Shown in pieces: positions 18,262 to 28,365 of a stretch of 64,000 bases of DNA (its first letter is position 1; each line of letters opens with the position of its first letter). Under the pieces are notes generated by a model. That model did no database searches and was not told the origin of the DNA. It saw only the letters and a list, made by a program, of their open reading frames with translations. This stretch comes from an uncultured Acidobacteriota bacterium. Lineage in GTDB: Bacteria > Acidobacteriota > Thermoanaerobaculia > UBA5066 > Gp7-AA6. The translations under genes were made by a program, and so were the position numbers. The stretch covers positions 160,001-224,000 of the forward strand of contig CAVXTP010000014.1 in assembly GCA_963764715.1 (NCBI GenBank). The letters run 5' to 3'.

Positions 18262-19301
18262 GGCGCCCGGCCCTCCGCCTCCTCCTCGCCGCCGCGCTGT
18301 GTTCCGGCCTCGCCGCCTGCCGGGGCGACGGCCGCGTGCCGCTGACGATCTATTCGCCCCACGGCCGCGACCTGCTCGGCCTGATGGAAAAGGAGTTCGA
18401 GCGTGCCCACCCGGACGTCGACGTCCGCTGGCTCGACATGGGCTCGCAGGAGGTCTACGACCGGCTGCGCTCGGAAAAGGCGAATCCGCAGGCCGACGTC
18501 TGGTACGGCGGGCCCGACACGATCTTCGCCCGCGGCGTGCGCGACGGCCTGCTCGCCGCCTACCGCCCGGGCTGGGCCGACGCGGTCGTCCCGTCCAGCC
18601 GCCACGAAGGGGACCTCTACTTCGGCCTCTACCGGACGCCCGCGATGCCCGTCTACAACTCGAAGGCGATCGCCGCCGCGGAGGCGCCGCGCGAGTGGGA
18701 CGACCTGCTCGACCCGAAGTGGAAGGGCAAGATCCTCATCCGCGATCCACTGGCGTCGGGGACGATGCGCGCGGTGTGGGGCTACATCCTGGCGAAGTCC
18801 GTGCGCGAGACGGGATCCCCCGCGGCGGGGTTCGCATGGCTCGCGAGGCTCGACGCCCAGACCAAGGAGTACGTCTTCAACCCGATCCTCCTCTACGAAA
18901 AGATCGTCCGCCAGGAAGGCCTCATCACGATCTGGGACCTTCCGGACACGCTGCTCGAGCGCGAGCGGGGCTCGCCCCTCCAGTACGTCTTTCCGAAGAG
19001 CGGAACGCCCGTGATCGACGACTCGGTCGGGCTCGTCGCCGGCAGCCGCCACGCCGAGGCGGCGAAGGCGTTCATCGAGTTTCTCGGGAGCAAGCCGATG
19101 CAGCGCCTGGCGGCCGAGAAGACGTACCGCCTCCCGGCGCGGACGGACCTCGGCGAGGAGCTGCCCGCGTGGGCGCGCGACGTCGAGCGCGACATGGTCG
19201 TCGCCGAGATCGACTGGCCGCTCCTCGAGAAGGACGGCGCCGAGTGGATGGCGACCTGGGACCGCACGATCCGCGGCCGGGGAGCCGCCAGGGCCCCGTA
19301 A
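18258..19301 (+). CDS. ABC transporter substrate-binding lipoprotein (Fe3+/thiamine AfuA/FbpA-like)
   Basis: Lipobox LAAC; LTIYSPHG, EKANPQADVWYGG, WDDLLDPKWKGKI, DPLASGT. GTG start overlaps the upstream TGA. Confidence 0.88.
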   Translation: MRRPALRLLLAAALCSGLAACRGDGRVPLTIYSPHGRDLLGLMEKEFERAHPDVDVRWLDMGSQEVYDRLRSEKANPQADVWYGGPDTIFARGVRDGLLAAYRPGWADAVVPSSRHEGDLYFGLYRTPAMPVYNSKAIAAAEAPREWDDLLDPKWKGKILIRDPLASGTMRAVWGYILAKSVRETGSPAAGFAWLARLDAQTKEYVFNPILLYEKIVRQEGLITIWDLPDTLLERERGSPLQYVFPKSGTPVIDDSVGLVAGSRHAEAAKAFIEFLGSKPMQRLAAEKTYRLPARTDLGEELPAWARDVERDMVVAEIDWPLLEKDGAEWMATWDRTIRGRGAARAP

Positions 19302-19346
19302 CGCGGTGACGGCCCGGGCCCCCGGTTTGCGATACCGTTCGCCGCA

Positions 19347-20400
19347 ATGTCGGACTTCCTGCGGCTCGAGTCGCTCGACAAGCGCTTCGGGAGCGCCGCC
19401 GTCACCCGCGACGTCACTCTCACGGCGGCGCGCGGGGAGATCGTCGCCCTGCTCGGGCCCTCGGGAAGCGGCAAGACGACGATCCTCCGGCTGACCGCCG
19501 GCTTCGAGACGCCGGACGCCGGCCGGATCGTCGTCGAAGGCGAGGACGTGACGCGGCTCCCGGCCGAGCGCCGCCGCTTCGGCATGGTCTTCCAGCACTA
19601 CGCGCTCTTTCCGCACATGACGGTCGGCGAGAACGTGGCCTTCGGCCTCGGGTCGGCCCGCGCCTCCCGGGCCGCCACGGCCGCGCGCGTCGCCGAGGTC
19701 CTCGCCCTGACCGGCCTCGCGGGCTTCGAGAAGCGCCGCGTGACGGAGATCTCGGGCGGCCAGCAGCAGCGCGTGGCGCTCGCCCGGGCCCTCGCGCCCT
19801 CGCCGCGGGTCCTGCTCCTCGACGAGCCCCTCTCGAACCTGGACCCGACGCTCCGCGAGAAGACGCGGAGGGAGCTCCGGCGCGCGATCCGCCGCATCGG
19901 GATCACGACGCTCTTCGTGACGCACGAGCAGGAGGAGGCCTTCGAGCTCGGAGACCGGGTCGCCGTCCTGAACGCGGGCCGCCTCGAGCAGATCGGCACG
20001 CCCGAGGAGCTCTTCGAGCAGCCGGCCACCCGCTTCGTCGCGACGTTCATCGGCCGCTCGAGCGTGATCCCGGTCCGGTGGGAGATGGGCGCGCGCATTC
20101 CGAAGGGCCCGGTGTGGCCGGCGATCGCGGACGCCTCGCTGGCGGAGGGCTCCGACGCCGACCTGGTCGTGCGGCCGGAGGCGCTCGAGTTCTCGGCGCG
20201 GACGCGCGCCGACGCGCTCGAGGGCGAGGTCGCCGAACGACGCTTCGCGGGGCGCTCGGCCTACTTCCGGATCGTCGACGGCGGCGGCGGGCGAGGTCGA
20301 GGTCCTCGCTCCGCCCCACGCCGCCCGCGAGGGCGACCGCGTCCTCGTCGTCCCCTCGCCGGGAGGGCCCGTGCCACGCGCCTTCCCGAGGGAGCCGTGA
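19347..20400 (+). CDS. ABC transporter ATP-binding protein (FbpC/PotA-like); apparent 1-nt frameshift near 20274
   Basis: Walker A GPSGSGKT, ISGGQQQRVALARA, LLLDEPLSNLD. After FRI the natural-looking tail (STAAAGEVEVLAPP...FPREP*) lies in the +1 frame and ends at TGA 20400, overlapping the permease GTG. Confidence 0.85.
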
Positions 20401-22031
20401 CCCGGCGCCGCGGCGCGATCCTCGCCGCCGGCCTCCTCGTCCTGCTCTTCTGGCTGGTCGGCTACCCGCTGGTCCTGACGTTTCTCGAGGCCCTCGGCGC
20501 GCCCCGCTTCACGCTGGCCCACTTCGCGGAGTTCGCGCGCCGGCCGGCCGAGTGGCAGGCGCTGTGGGCGAGCCTCTGGATCTCGCTCCTGACGGTGGTC
20601 TTCTCGGCGGCGATCGGCGTGCCGCTCGCGTTCCTCTTCGAGCGCGCCGAGTTCCCGGGCCGCCGCGCGCTCGGCGTCCTCGTCGCGCTGCCGGTGGCGC
20701 TGCCGCCGCTCGTCGGCGTCATCGCCTTCCTGTTTCTCTATGGCGAGAGCGGGTTCGCCTCGCGCGCCGTCCAGGCGGCGCTGCGCCTGGAGCACCCTCC
20801 CTGGCGCCTCGCCGGCCCCGGCGCGATTCTCCTCGTCCACGCGTACTCGATGTACGTCTACTTCTACCTCTTCGTCCGCGCGGGGCTTTCGCGCCTCGAC
20901 GCCGCGTACCTCGAGGCCGCCGCGAGCCTCGGCGCCGGCCGCGCGCGCACGGCGCGCCGGGTGACGCTTCCCCTGCTCTCGCCCGCCCTGACGGGGGCGG
21001 CGCTGCTGACCTTCATGACCTCGCTCGCCTCCTTCAGCGCGCCGTACGTCTTCGGGGGAAGCTTCCGCATGATGACGACGCAGATCGTGGCCTCGAAGTT
21101 GAACGGCGACATCGGGCTCGCGATGGTCGAGACCGTGGCGCTGGCGGCGATCGGCTTCGCCGGTCTCCACCTGCTGCGCCGCACCGAAGGCCGGTCGGTC
21201 GTCGGCACGGTCCGGGGCATCGCCCCCCGCCGGCGGGAGCTCGCCGGCGGCCGCTTCGCCGTGGCCGCGGCGGGCTGGGGCCTCGCGCTGCTGCTCCTCC
21301 TGCCGCACGCGTCGCTCCTGCTCCTGTCCTTCGTGCCGCGCAACACGTGGACGACCGAAGCCCTGCCGCCCGTCCTCGACCTCGGAAACTACCGGAGCCT
21401 CATCTCGCAGCCCGAGCGGCTCCAGCCGATCGCCAACTCGCTGTGGATGGCCGCGGTGGCCACCGCCCTCGCGCTCGTCCTCGGCTTCGCCGCCGCGTAC
21501 GCCGGCGTGCGCAAAGGCGGCCGCGCGGGCGCGGCGCTCGAGTGGCTGGTCGCGGCGCCGTGGGCCCTGCCTGGCACGGTCTTCGCGGTCGCGCTCGCCG
21601 CGGCTTTCAGCGTCCACCAGCCCTGGGCGGCGCGCTTCGTCCTCGTGGGGACCGCGGCGATCCTGCCGCTCGGATACCTCGTGCGGAGCCTTCCCCTCAC
21701 GGGGCGGGCCGCGTTCGCGGGCCTGCGGCAGCTCGATCCCGCGATCGAGGAAGCCGCGGCGTCCCTGGGCGCCTCCGCGGGGCGGCGGCTCGTGCGCGTC
21801 GTGCTGCCCCACCTGCGGCCGGCGCTGCTCGCCGGCGCGAGCCTCGCGTTCCTCTCGGCGCTCGGCGACTTCGTCGTTTCGATCGTCCTGTACACCTATT
21901 CCACCCGGCCCATCTCGATCGAGATCCTCTCGGACCTCCGGCTCCAGGAGATCGGGGCCGCGGCGGCGTATGGAGTGCTGCTGACCGCGCTCTCGGCCGC
22001 GGCGTTCCTCGCGTGGGGTCGTCGGGCCTGA
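20397..22031 (+). CDS. ABC transporter permease, double BPD_transp_1 domain (FbpB-like)
   Basis: About 12 TM segments; two EAA motifs (LEAAASLGAG, IEEAAASLGAS). Confidence 0.9.
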   Translation: MTRRRGAILAAGLLVLLFWLVGYPLVLTFLEALGAPRFTLAHFAEFARRPAEWQALWASLWISLLTVVFSAAIGVPLAFLFERAEFPGRRALGVLVALPVALPPLVGVIAFLFLYGESGFASRAVQAALRLEHPPWRLAGPGAILLVHAYSMYVYFYLFVRAGLSRLDAAYLEAAASLGAGRARTARRVTLPLLSPALTGAALLTFMTSLASFSAPYVFGGSFRMMTTQIVASKLNGDIGLAMVETVALAAIGFAGLHLLRRTEGRSVVGTVRGIAPRRRELAGGRFAVAAAGWGLALLLLLPHASLLLLSFVPRNTWTTEALPPVLDLGNYRSLISQPERLQPIANSLWMAAVATALALVLGFAAAYAGVRKGGRAGAALEWLVAAPWALPGTVFAVALAAAFSVHQPWAARFVLVGTAAILPLGYLVRSLPLTGRAAFAGLRQLDPAIEEAAASLGASAGRRLVRVVLPHLRPALLAGASLAFLSALGDFVVSIVLYTYSTRPISIEILSDLRLQEIGAAAAYGVLLTALSAAAFLAWGRRA

Positions 22032-22037
22032 GCCCCG

Positions 22038-23564
22038 TCAGGGGCCCGGCCGCGTGACGATCCGGGTGCCCGGGGGCGTGTCGGCGGCGCGCGGGATCGC
22101 GACGTAGGCGAACCCGTTCGCCTTGACCGCGGACGCGGCGCCGGGGTTGGCGACCGTCACGGCGACGAGGCCGCTGTCGCCGGGCGGGGTCACCGCGGTC
22201 AGGCGCGTCGGCGAGACGACGGACACGGCCTTCGCCGGCTTCGTCCCGAAGAGCACCGTGGTCGCGCCCGTGAAGTTGGCGCCCGTGATCGTGACGGTGT
22301 CGCTCCCCCGCTCGTAGCCGGTCGCGGGGGTGATCGCGGCGATGACCGGCGTCTGCGGCACCGGCCCGTCGACGCGGTAGACGAAACCCGCGCCCGTCCC
22401 GACGTAGAGCTCGCCGGCGGAGTCCTCGCCGAACGTCGTCGGGTTGTCGACGGAGATCGGGAGAAGCTCCGCCGTGAACGCTCCGCCGCCCGCCGGCCGG
22501 GCGCCGAAGAACTCGCCCGAGCAATAGTCGGCAAAGAGATACGTGCCGTAGAGGTCGGGAATCGCGAGGCCCCGGTAGACGTAGCCTCCCGTGACCGAGC
22601 AGCGCCCCACGTCGTGGCCGTACTCGAGGATCGGCGCCGTGAAGCTCGGCGAGAAGCAGGCCGGCGTGCTCGGGGGGCAGCTCGCCGTGTTGCCGGTGCA
22701 GAGCGTTCCCTCCATGATCTTCCAGCCGTAGTTGGCTCCGGCGCCGGAGCCCGCGGCCTGGAAGTCGATCTCCTCCCGTAGCCCCTGGCCGACGTCGCCG
22801 ATGAAGAGGTCGTCCGTCAGGCGGTCGAACGAGAACCGCCACGGGTTGCGCAGGCCGATCGCCCAGGCCTCGTCCGGCCCGCCCGCCCCGACGAACGGGT
22901 TGCCGGCGGGAATGGCGTACCACGGCGGGTTGGCGATGCTCGGGTCGACGTCGAGGCGCAGGAGCTTTCCGAGGAGGTCCTGCCGTCCCGGCTGCGGGTC
23001 GAGGCGCTGCGCGTGGCAGTCCGGATCGTTGGCCGAGCCCCCGTCGCCCATGCCGACGTACAGGTCTCCGTCGGGGCCGAACTGCAGTTGTCCCCCGTTG
23101 TGGTTCGCGAACGGCTGGTCGATCGTCAGGAGGATCTTCGCGCTGAACGGGTCCGCCACGTTGCGGTCGCCCGAGACCGAGTACCGCGCGATCACCGTGT
23201 CGCCCGACAGGTTCGTGTAGTCGACGAAGAAGAGGCCGTTCGCGGCGTAGTTCGGGTGGAACGCGGTCGAGAGCAGCCCCTGCTCGCCGCAGCACACGAC
23301 GAGGTCCGACAGGTCGAGGAACGGCGTCGCGAGCACCTGGGCGCCGTCCCAGACGACGATCTGGCCGCGCTGGAGGGTGAGGAAGAGCCGCCCGTCGCCG
23401 GCATTGGTGATGGCGGTGACTCCCGTCAGCGGGCCCGCGACCTGCGTCAGGTGGATGGCCGGAGCCGCCGCCGCCTTCTCGACGCGTTCGGCGCGCGGCA
23501 CGGAAGTCGGGGACACGGCCCACGCGATCCCGAGAAGAGCCGCGGCGAGGATCGGCGGACGCAC
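22038..23564 (-). CDS. PQQ-dependent sugar dehydrogenase (GSDH family) with C-terminal IPT/TIG domain
   Basis: EQGLLSTAFHP, NHNGGQLQFGPDG.LY..GDGG, GLRNPWRFSFD, GDVGQ..REE, NYGW; TIG-like 'VTITGANF' tail. GTG start at 23564. Confidence 0.9.
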   Translation of the reverse strand: MRPPILAAALLGIAWAVSPTSVPRAERVEKAAAAPAIHLTQVAGPLTGVTAITNAGDGRLFLTLQRGQIVVWDGAQVLATPFLDLSDLVVCCGEQGLLSTAFHPNYAANGLFFVDYTNLSGDTVIARYSVSGDRNVADPFSAKILLTIDQPFANHNGGQLQFGPDGDLYVGMGDGGSANDPDCHAQRLDPQPGRQDLLGKLLRLDVDPSIANPPWYAIPAGNPFVGAGGPDEAWAIGLRNPWRFSFDRLTDDLFIGDVGQGLREEIDFQAAGSGAGANYGWKIMEGTLCTGNTASCPPSTPACFSPSFTAPILEYGHDVGRCSVTGGYVYRGLAIPDLYGTYLFADYCSGEFFGARPAGGGAFTAELLPISVDNPTTFGEDSAGELYVGTGAGFVYRVDGPVPQTPVIAAITPATGYERGSDTVTITGANFTGATTVLFGTKPAKAVSVVSPTRLTAVTPPGDSGLVAVTVANPGAASAVKANGFAYVAIPRAADTPPGTRIVTRPGP

Positions 23565-23611
23565 CCGCCGATGATACGGCAGCGGTCCCCGGCGCGGATG
23601 TCTCCGGCGGG

Positions 23612-24421
23612 CTACAGCTCCATCACGCTGTCGAGGCCTCGCTTCAGGCCGGTGAAGCTTCCGACGCGCCGGATCGCGAGGAGCGTTCCGGCGATGTAAG
23701 GCTGGGCGCCGGATCCGGAATCGTGGCGAATCGAGAGGCGCTCGTCGGGCAGGCCGAAGAGGACCTCGATCGACGAGACGAAGCCGGGAAGCCGGACCGA
23801 GTGGACGGGCGTTCCGGACAGAGACGCCCCGCGCGCCTCGGGCTCGCCGAGCGTCTTCTCGGCGGGCACCGCGATCTCCGGGCGCCGCACGCGCGACAGG
23901 CGGCGGGCGAGCTCGCGGGCCGTGCCCGACGGAGCGTCGGGCTTGGACGCCCGCGCGTACTCGATGACCTCCCACTGCGGGATGAGCCGGGCCGCCATCT
24001 CCGCGAAGCGCTGCAGCAGCACCGCCGTGAGCGCGAAGTTGCCGGCCGCGAGCACGCCCACGCCGCGCGCCTTCGCTGCGTCGTCGATCGCGGCGTACTC
24101 GGCGTCGGTCAGGCCCGAGCTCCCGACGACGACGTGGACGCCCCGGGCGATCGCCGCGTGGACATGGTCCCGGACCCAGGCGGCGCTCGTGTAGTCGACG
24201 AACACGTCCGCGCCGGCCTCGAGGGCTTCGGCCGCCGTCGAGCGCACGACGACCGGGGGCAACGACGGATCCCCGAGGGCCTCCGCGAGGGTCCGGCCGG
24301 CCGCTCCCCGCGCCGCCGCACCGGCGAGCTCCAGGTCCGGCGCCGCCGCGATCGCCGGCGCGAGGCCGCGCCCGACCCAGCCGGTCGCCCCGGCGAGGCA
24401 GACGCGAATGCGGCCGCTCAA
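23612..24421 (-). CDS. dapB: 4-hydroxy-tetrahydrodipicolinate reductase
   Basis: GATGWVG Rossmann motif, VDYT, VVGSSG, AGNFA, KPDAPSGTA, HSVRLPG, IRHD. Confidence 0.88.
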   Translation of the reverse strand: MSGRIRVCLAGATGWVGRGLAPAIAAAPDLELAGAAARGAAGRTLAEALGDPSLPPVVVRSTAAEALEAGADVFVDYTSAAWVRDHVHAAIARGVHVVVGSSGLTDAEYAAIDDAAKARGVGVLAAGNFALTAVLLQRFAEMAARLIPQWEVIEYARASKPDAPSGTARELARRLSRVRRPEIAVPAEKTLGEPEARGASLSGTPVHSVRLPGFVSSIEVLFGLPDERLSIRHDSGSGAQPYIAGTLLAIRRVGSFTGLKRGLDSVMEL

Positions 24422-25731
24422 CGCGCGGCCGGCGCCCCGCCGAGGGGCAGCTTCAGGATGACGGCATCCTGCATCGCCTCGGGCGTGATGGGCTTTTTCT
24501 CGTTCTGGAACTTGCCGCCCTGGCTGTTGGCGGTGAAGTAGAGGGCGCCTTCGGCCGCGACGCCGAGGGTCGGCTCGTCGAAGTCGGGATGGTTCATGAC
24601 GAGGATCTTAGCCCCGGCGATCGTCGTCCCGTCGGCCGAGAGCTCGAGCCGCGTCACCCGGTTCGGCTCGACGCCGTTCTGGATGCCGTAGAGGCTCCCG
24701 GCGGCGTACACGAGGCCGTCGATGCCGTTCAAGGCGGCGTCCGGCGGTACCGGAAGCGGGGTGAGGCGCTTCGAGACGAGGTCGACGCGATAGAGCGACG
24801 TGTAGTCGGAGACGTACAGCGTCCTGCCGTCCGGCGCGACCGCCATGCCCTGCGTCCCGCGAAAGGCGTCGGACTCGAGGAAGAGCTCGATCGAGCCCGC
24901 CCCGGGGGCGAGCGTCCAGATCCGCGGGTTGCGGCCGTCGTTGAGGAACACGCGGCCGTCCGGGCCGAGGGCGAGATCGTCGAAGGCCGCGGGCGGGTCG
25001 GAGGCCGGCGAACGGTACTCGCGGCGCAGCCGCCCGGTGTCGAGGTCGAACTCGAAGAGCGCGCTCGCGGGCGGATCGCCCTTCTTGAACCCCTCCATGT
25101 GCGGCATCGCCTCGCTCGCGACCCAGAGCGACCGGCGCCTCGGGTCCGCGGCGATCCCGCAGGCCGAGCGCAGGCCTCCCTCCGCCGGCGGGACGAAGTC
25201 GGAGACCTTCCCGCTCGCGTCGACCCGCACGATCTTGCGCTTGCGGATCGAGGAGACGAAGAACGACTTCGTCTTCGGGTCGTACGCCACGCCCTCGGGG
25301 ACGAGCCCCTTCTCGTGGATCGTGAACGCCGTGACGACGCCGGAGGAGATCTTCTGCGCGCGGAGGGCCGCCATCTGGTCGCGGACCTTCCGGTAACCGT
25401 CGGACGTCCGGATCGAATCGAAGTCGGTGTCAGAGTCGAGATCCGCCACGGCCCCGCGCGCGGCGATCCCCTGGAGCGACTTCACGGCCGCGTCGGTCTG
25501 GCCGTTGAGGGCCTGGCCGCACGCCAGGTTGTAGAGCACGTAGACGTCGCCCGGCCGCCGCGCGGCGATCTCCTCCGTGAGGCGCAGGAACCCGGCCTTG
25601 TCTCCGGCGTCGTAGGCCGCCCGGGCCTCGCGGGCGAGAGCAGCCGTGGACTTTTGCGGCGGCGCGGGCGTGGGCTGCGGGGCGACGGCGACGGCGAACA
25701 GGGCCGCCGCCAGGACGAAGACGAGGTGCAT
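24418..25731 (-). CDS. Secreted SMP-30/gluconolactonase-like beta-propeller protein with N-terminal TPR-like segment
   Basis: ATG 25731 with signal peptide; YNLAC TPR-like motif; PEGVAYD, FDDLAL, GIDGL, IQNG. Confidence 0.75.
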   Translation of the reverse strand: MHLVFVLAAALFAVAVAPQPTPAPPQKSTAALAREARAAYDAGDKAGFLRLTEEIAARRPGDVYVLYNLACGQALNGQTDAAVKSLQGIAARGAVADLDSDTDFDSIRTSDGYRKVRDQMAALRAQKISSGVVTAFTIHEKGLVPEGVAYDPKTKSFFVSSIRKRKIVRVDASGKVSDFVPPAEGGLRSACGIAADPRRRSLWVASEAMPHMEGFKKGDPPASALFEFDLDTGRLRREYRSPASDPPAAFDDLALGPDGRVFLNDGRNPRIWTLAPGAGSIELFLESDAFRGTQGMAVAPDGRTLYVSDYTSLYRVDLVSKRLTPLPVPPDAALNGIDGLVYAAGSLYGIQNGVEPNRVTRLELSADGTTIAGAKILVMNHPDFDEPTLGVAAEGALYFTANSQGGKFQNEKKPITPEAMQDAVILKLPLGGAPAAR

Positions 25732-25799
25732 GGGTGGAACTCCTCTGCGGCGTTTACGCAGGGCAAAGCCCAGAGTTTCCCGAGAATCGGACCGCCGGC

Positions 25800-26456
25800 C
25801 TAGGGCAGGACGGCGTAGGCGCGGACGGAGAAGCTGCCGAGACCGCGAAACGGCGCCGGGACACAGTGGACCTTGAATCCCGACTCCGGCAGCTCGCCGA
25901 GATTGCAGAGGTGCTCCACGATCGGAATGCCGGCGGAGAGCAGCAGCGTGTGGGCCGGGCGCACGCCGTCGCCCGTGTCGTCGATGTTGAGCGAGTCGAT
26001 GCCGACGAGGGCCGGGCCCGCGCCGGCGAGGTGCTCCGCGGCGGCCCGCGTCAGGTAGGGATGACCTTCGGCGTAGCGGGGCGTGCGCCAGTGCGCGTCC
26101 CATCCCGTCCGCACGAGCACCGCGCGGCCGGCGAGGTCATGGCCCGCGAAGAGCTCCTGGTCGAGCGCGCGTCCCTTTCCCGAGGCGTCGATGACGAGGC
26201 CGGGCAGGTCCGCGAGCCGGTCGAGCGGGAGCGAGCCGACGTCCTTGCCGTGCGCGAAGCGGTGGAACGGGGCGTCGAGATACGTTCCGGTGTTCGCCAC
26301 CATGCGGACACGGGCGATGTGAAACGTCGTGCCTCCCGCGTAGTGACCGCGCGAAGCCTCGCGCCCCAGGAAGTCGGAGATCACGGGTCCCGGGAGCCCC
26401 GGGTACGTGATCATGCCGTGCTCGATCGCGTGGGACAGGTCGACGAGGCGCCCCAT
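25800..26456 (-). CDS. Cyclase family metal-dependent hydrolase (kynurenine formamidase-like)
   Basis: VDLSH, NTGTYLDAPFH, VLVRTGW, VGIDS, H..LL..GIPIVEHL. Confidence 0.88.
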   Translation of the reverse strand: MGRLVDLSHAIEHGMITYPGLPGPVISDFLGREASRGHYAGGTTFHIARVRMVANTGTYLDAPFHRFAHGKDVGSLPLDRLADLPGLVIDASGKGRALDQELFAGHDLAGRAVLVRTGWDAHWRTPRYAEGHPYLTRAAAEHLAGAGPALVGIDSLNIDDTGDGVRPAHTLLLSAGIPIVEHLCNLGELPESGFKVHCVPAPFRGLGSFSVRAYAVLP

Positions 26457-26511
26457 GGGCCGGAGAGGCTATCAAAAGAGGGAACCGACCGCAGACCGCG
26501 GTCCGCTCACT

Positions 26512-26539
26512 GCTTACGGCTTACGGCTTACGGCTTACC
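26512..26539. repeat. Heptamer tandem repeat (GCTTACG)x3 + GCTTACC
   Basis: Directly visible; overlaps the TAA stop of the DinB gene on the minus strand. Confidence 0.85.
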
Positions 26540-27032
26540 GCTTCCGCCAGAGTCTCTTCAACAACTGAATCTGCCCCGTGTGGTACACGTCGTGGGATGC
26601 GACACCATAGAGAAGCCGCGCCGTCGTCGAGCGGCTGCCTCGCGGCTTCCGGGCGAGCGCCGCGGGCCGGAGCTTCGCGACCGCCTCCATGAGCCGCCGG
26701 TGCTCGGCGTCGAGGCGCGCAACGTCCGCCTTCCATGCCCGTGCGTCGGCGGGGCTCCCGGCGGAGCGAGCGAACCAGTTGCTCCCCTTCTCGGCGAAGG
26801 TGCCCCGCTTCTCCCCCGTCAGCATCCGCCGCACGGCGTACTTCCAGTACGCGGCGTGAACGACGACCTCCCAGATGCTGTGTCGGCCGGGCGCGGGACG
26901 CCAGGAGGCCTCCGCCGCCGTCACGCCGCGGAGGCTGCCGCGCAGGTTGGGTCCCTGCCAGGCCTTCTTCTCGTAGGACACTTCCAGGAGTACGGTCAGC
27001 AGGCCGATCTCCCGGCCCCGCGGCGCCGTCAC
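26535..27032 (-). CDS. DinB family protein
   Basis: AWQGP, HSIWEVVVHAAYW, HDVYHTGQI. Confidence 0.85.
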   Translation of the reverse strand: MTAPRGREIGLLTVLLEVSYEKKAWQGPNLRGSLRGVTAAEASWRPAPGRHSIWEVVVHAAYWKYAVRRMLTGEKRGTFAEKGSNWFARSAGSPADARAWKADVARLDAEHRRLMEAVAKLRPAALARKPRGSRSTTARLLYGVASHDVYHTGQIQLLKRLWRKR

Positions 27033-27391
27033 AGCTCTTCGGCGGCGAACCGCACGCGCGAGAGCCCCTCGTCCGCGCCGGCCCCGGACCGGCTCGCCGC
27101 GACCTCGTAGTGGGTCACGTTCGGCTCCTTGCCGAGGAGGAAGCGGTCGTCCTCCGGGTAGTAATAGGCCTTCTCGGGATCGGCTCCGGCGAAACGGCGG
27201 ATCGCGTCGAAGTCCCGCCAGAAAGAGATGAGGATGAACTCGGCCGCACCGTTCTCGACGCGGCGCAGCGCGAGCACGCCCTCGTTGCCGGGCGTCGCCT
27301 TGTAGTCCGGGAGGCCCGAGCGCTCCAGGAACGCCATGTACTCGTCCGCGTCCGAGGCCCGCGTGTGTCCCCGCCAGATTCTCGCGATCAT
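27029..27391 (-). CDS. Antibiotic biosynthesis monooxygenase-like (dimeric alpha-beta barrel) protein
   Basis: MIARIWRG.T....DEY, TPGN.G, W....AIRRFAG.D.EKA.YYPEDD.FL. ATG 27391 overlaps the upstream stop (ATGA). Confidence 0.8.
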   Translation of the reverse strand: MIARIWRGHTRASDADEYMAFLERSGLPDYKATPGNEGVLALRRVENGAAEFILISFWRDFDAIRRFAGADPEKAYYYPEDDRFLLGKEPNVTHYEVAASRSGAGADEGLSRVRFAAEEL

Positions 27392-28365
27392 GATGCCCTC
27401 CCGGCTCGCCGCGGCTCGGACGCCGCCTCCAGAGCCACTTCCTTCTGCACCTTCCGCCCTCCGTACCGGATGATCACCGCCACCGAGCCGACGATCGCGA
27501 GCGCCGCGATCACGGTCCGCGCCGTCACCCCCTCGCCCGCGAGCGCCCAGCCGAGAAACACGGCGACGACCGGGTTGACGTACGCGTACGTCGAAACCCG
27601 GGCCGGCGTCGTCGCGCCGAGCAGAAAGATATACGCCGTGAAACCGAGCAGCGAGCCCGCCACGATCAGATAGAGGAGCGCGACGAGCGATCGGCCGGAC
27701 ACGGCGGCGATCGAGAAGCCCCGCCACTCGCCGACGAGCGTCGAAGCGCCGAAGAGGATCGCGCCGCCGGCGATCATCTCCATGGCCGTCGCCATGAGCG
27801 TCGAGGCCGGCAGCTTCGCCCGGCGCGCGTACAGCGAACCCGTCGCCCAGAACAGCGACGCGAGCATCAGGGCGCCGGCCCCGAGGAGGTCCACGTGGGC
27901 GCCGCCGGCGAACCGGCCCGGGACGACGAGAAACGCGAGGCCCGCCAGGCCGGCAGCGAGCCCGGCGAGCACGACGCCGTGCGGCCTCCGGCGGTTCTGG
28001 ATCCCGTCGAGAAGCGTCATCCAGATCGGCACGCAGGCGACGATCAGGGCCGCGAGCCCCGAGGGCACACGCTGTTCGGCCCAGCTCACGAGCCCGTTGC
28101 CGCCGAGGAGCATCAGCCCGCCGATCGCGGCGGCCGGTCCCCAGTGCTGCCGCTCCGGCCCGGGCGTGCCGCGCAGGCGCAGCCAGCCGAAGAGCAGGAG
28201 ACCCGCCGTCAGGTGGCGCAGGCCCGCCATCAGGAACGGAGGGATCGTCTCGACGCCGAAGCGGATCGCCAGGTACGTCGAGCCCCAGAGCACGTAGACC
28301 GCGGCGAAGGCGACGACGAGCTGCCCGCGCGTGACCGGCCGGCGGAAGGCGCCCGAATCAGGCAT
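27388..28365 (-). CDS. EamA/DMT family transporter (YedA-like)
   Basis: VYVLWGSTYLAIR, PPFLMAG.R, VPSGLAAL, STYAYVNPVVAV.LG; 10 TM segments. Confidence 0.9.
   Translation of the reverse strand: MPDSGAFRRPVTRGQLVVAFAAVYVLWGSTYLAIRFGVETIPPFLMAGLRHLTAGLLLFGWLRLRGTPGPERQHWGPAAAIGGLMLLGGNGLVSWAEQRVPSGLAALIVACVPIWMTLLDGIQNRRRPHGVVLAGLAAGLAGLAFLVVPGRFAGGAHVDLLGAGALMLASLFWATGSLYARRAKLPASTLMATAMEMIAGGAILFGASTLVGEWRGFSIAAVSGRSLVALLYLIVAGSLLGFTAYIFLLGATTPARVSTYAYVNPVVAVFLGWALAGEGVTARTVIAALAIVGSVAVIIRYGGRKVQKEVALEAASEPRRAGRAS

Noticed and set aside
19347-22031. Apparent 894-aa ABC ATPase-permease fusion
   Set aside because: The linker (GGGGRGRGPRSAPRRPRG...) is off-frame junk. A +1 shift at ~20274 restores a normal ATPase tail ending in TGA at 20400 that overlaps the permease GTG, so this is most likely a 1-nt indel error.
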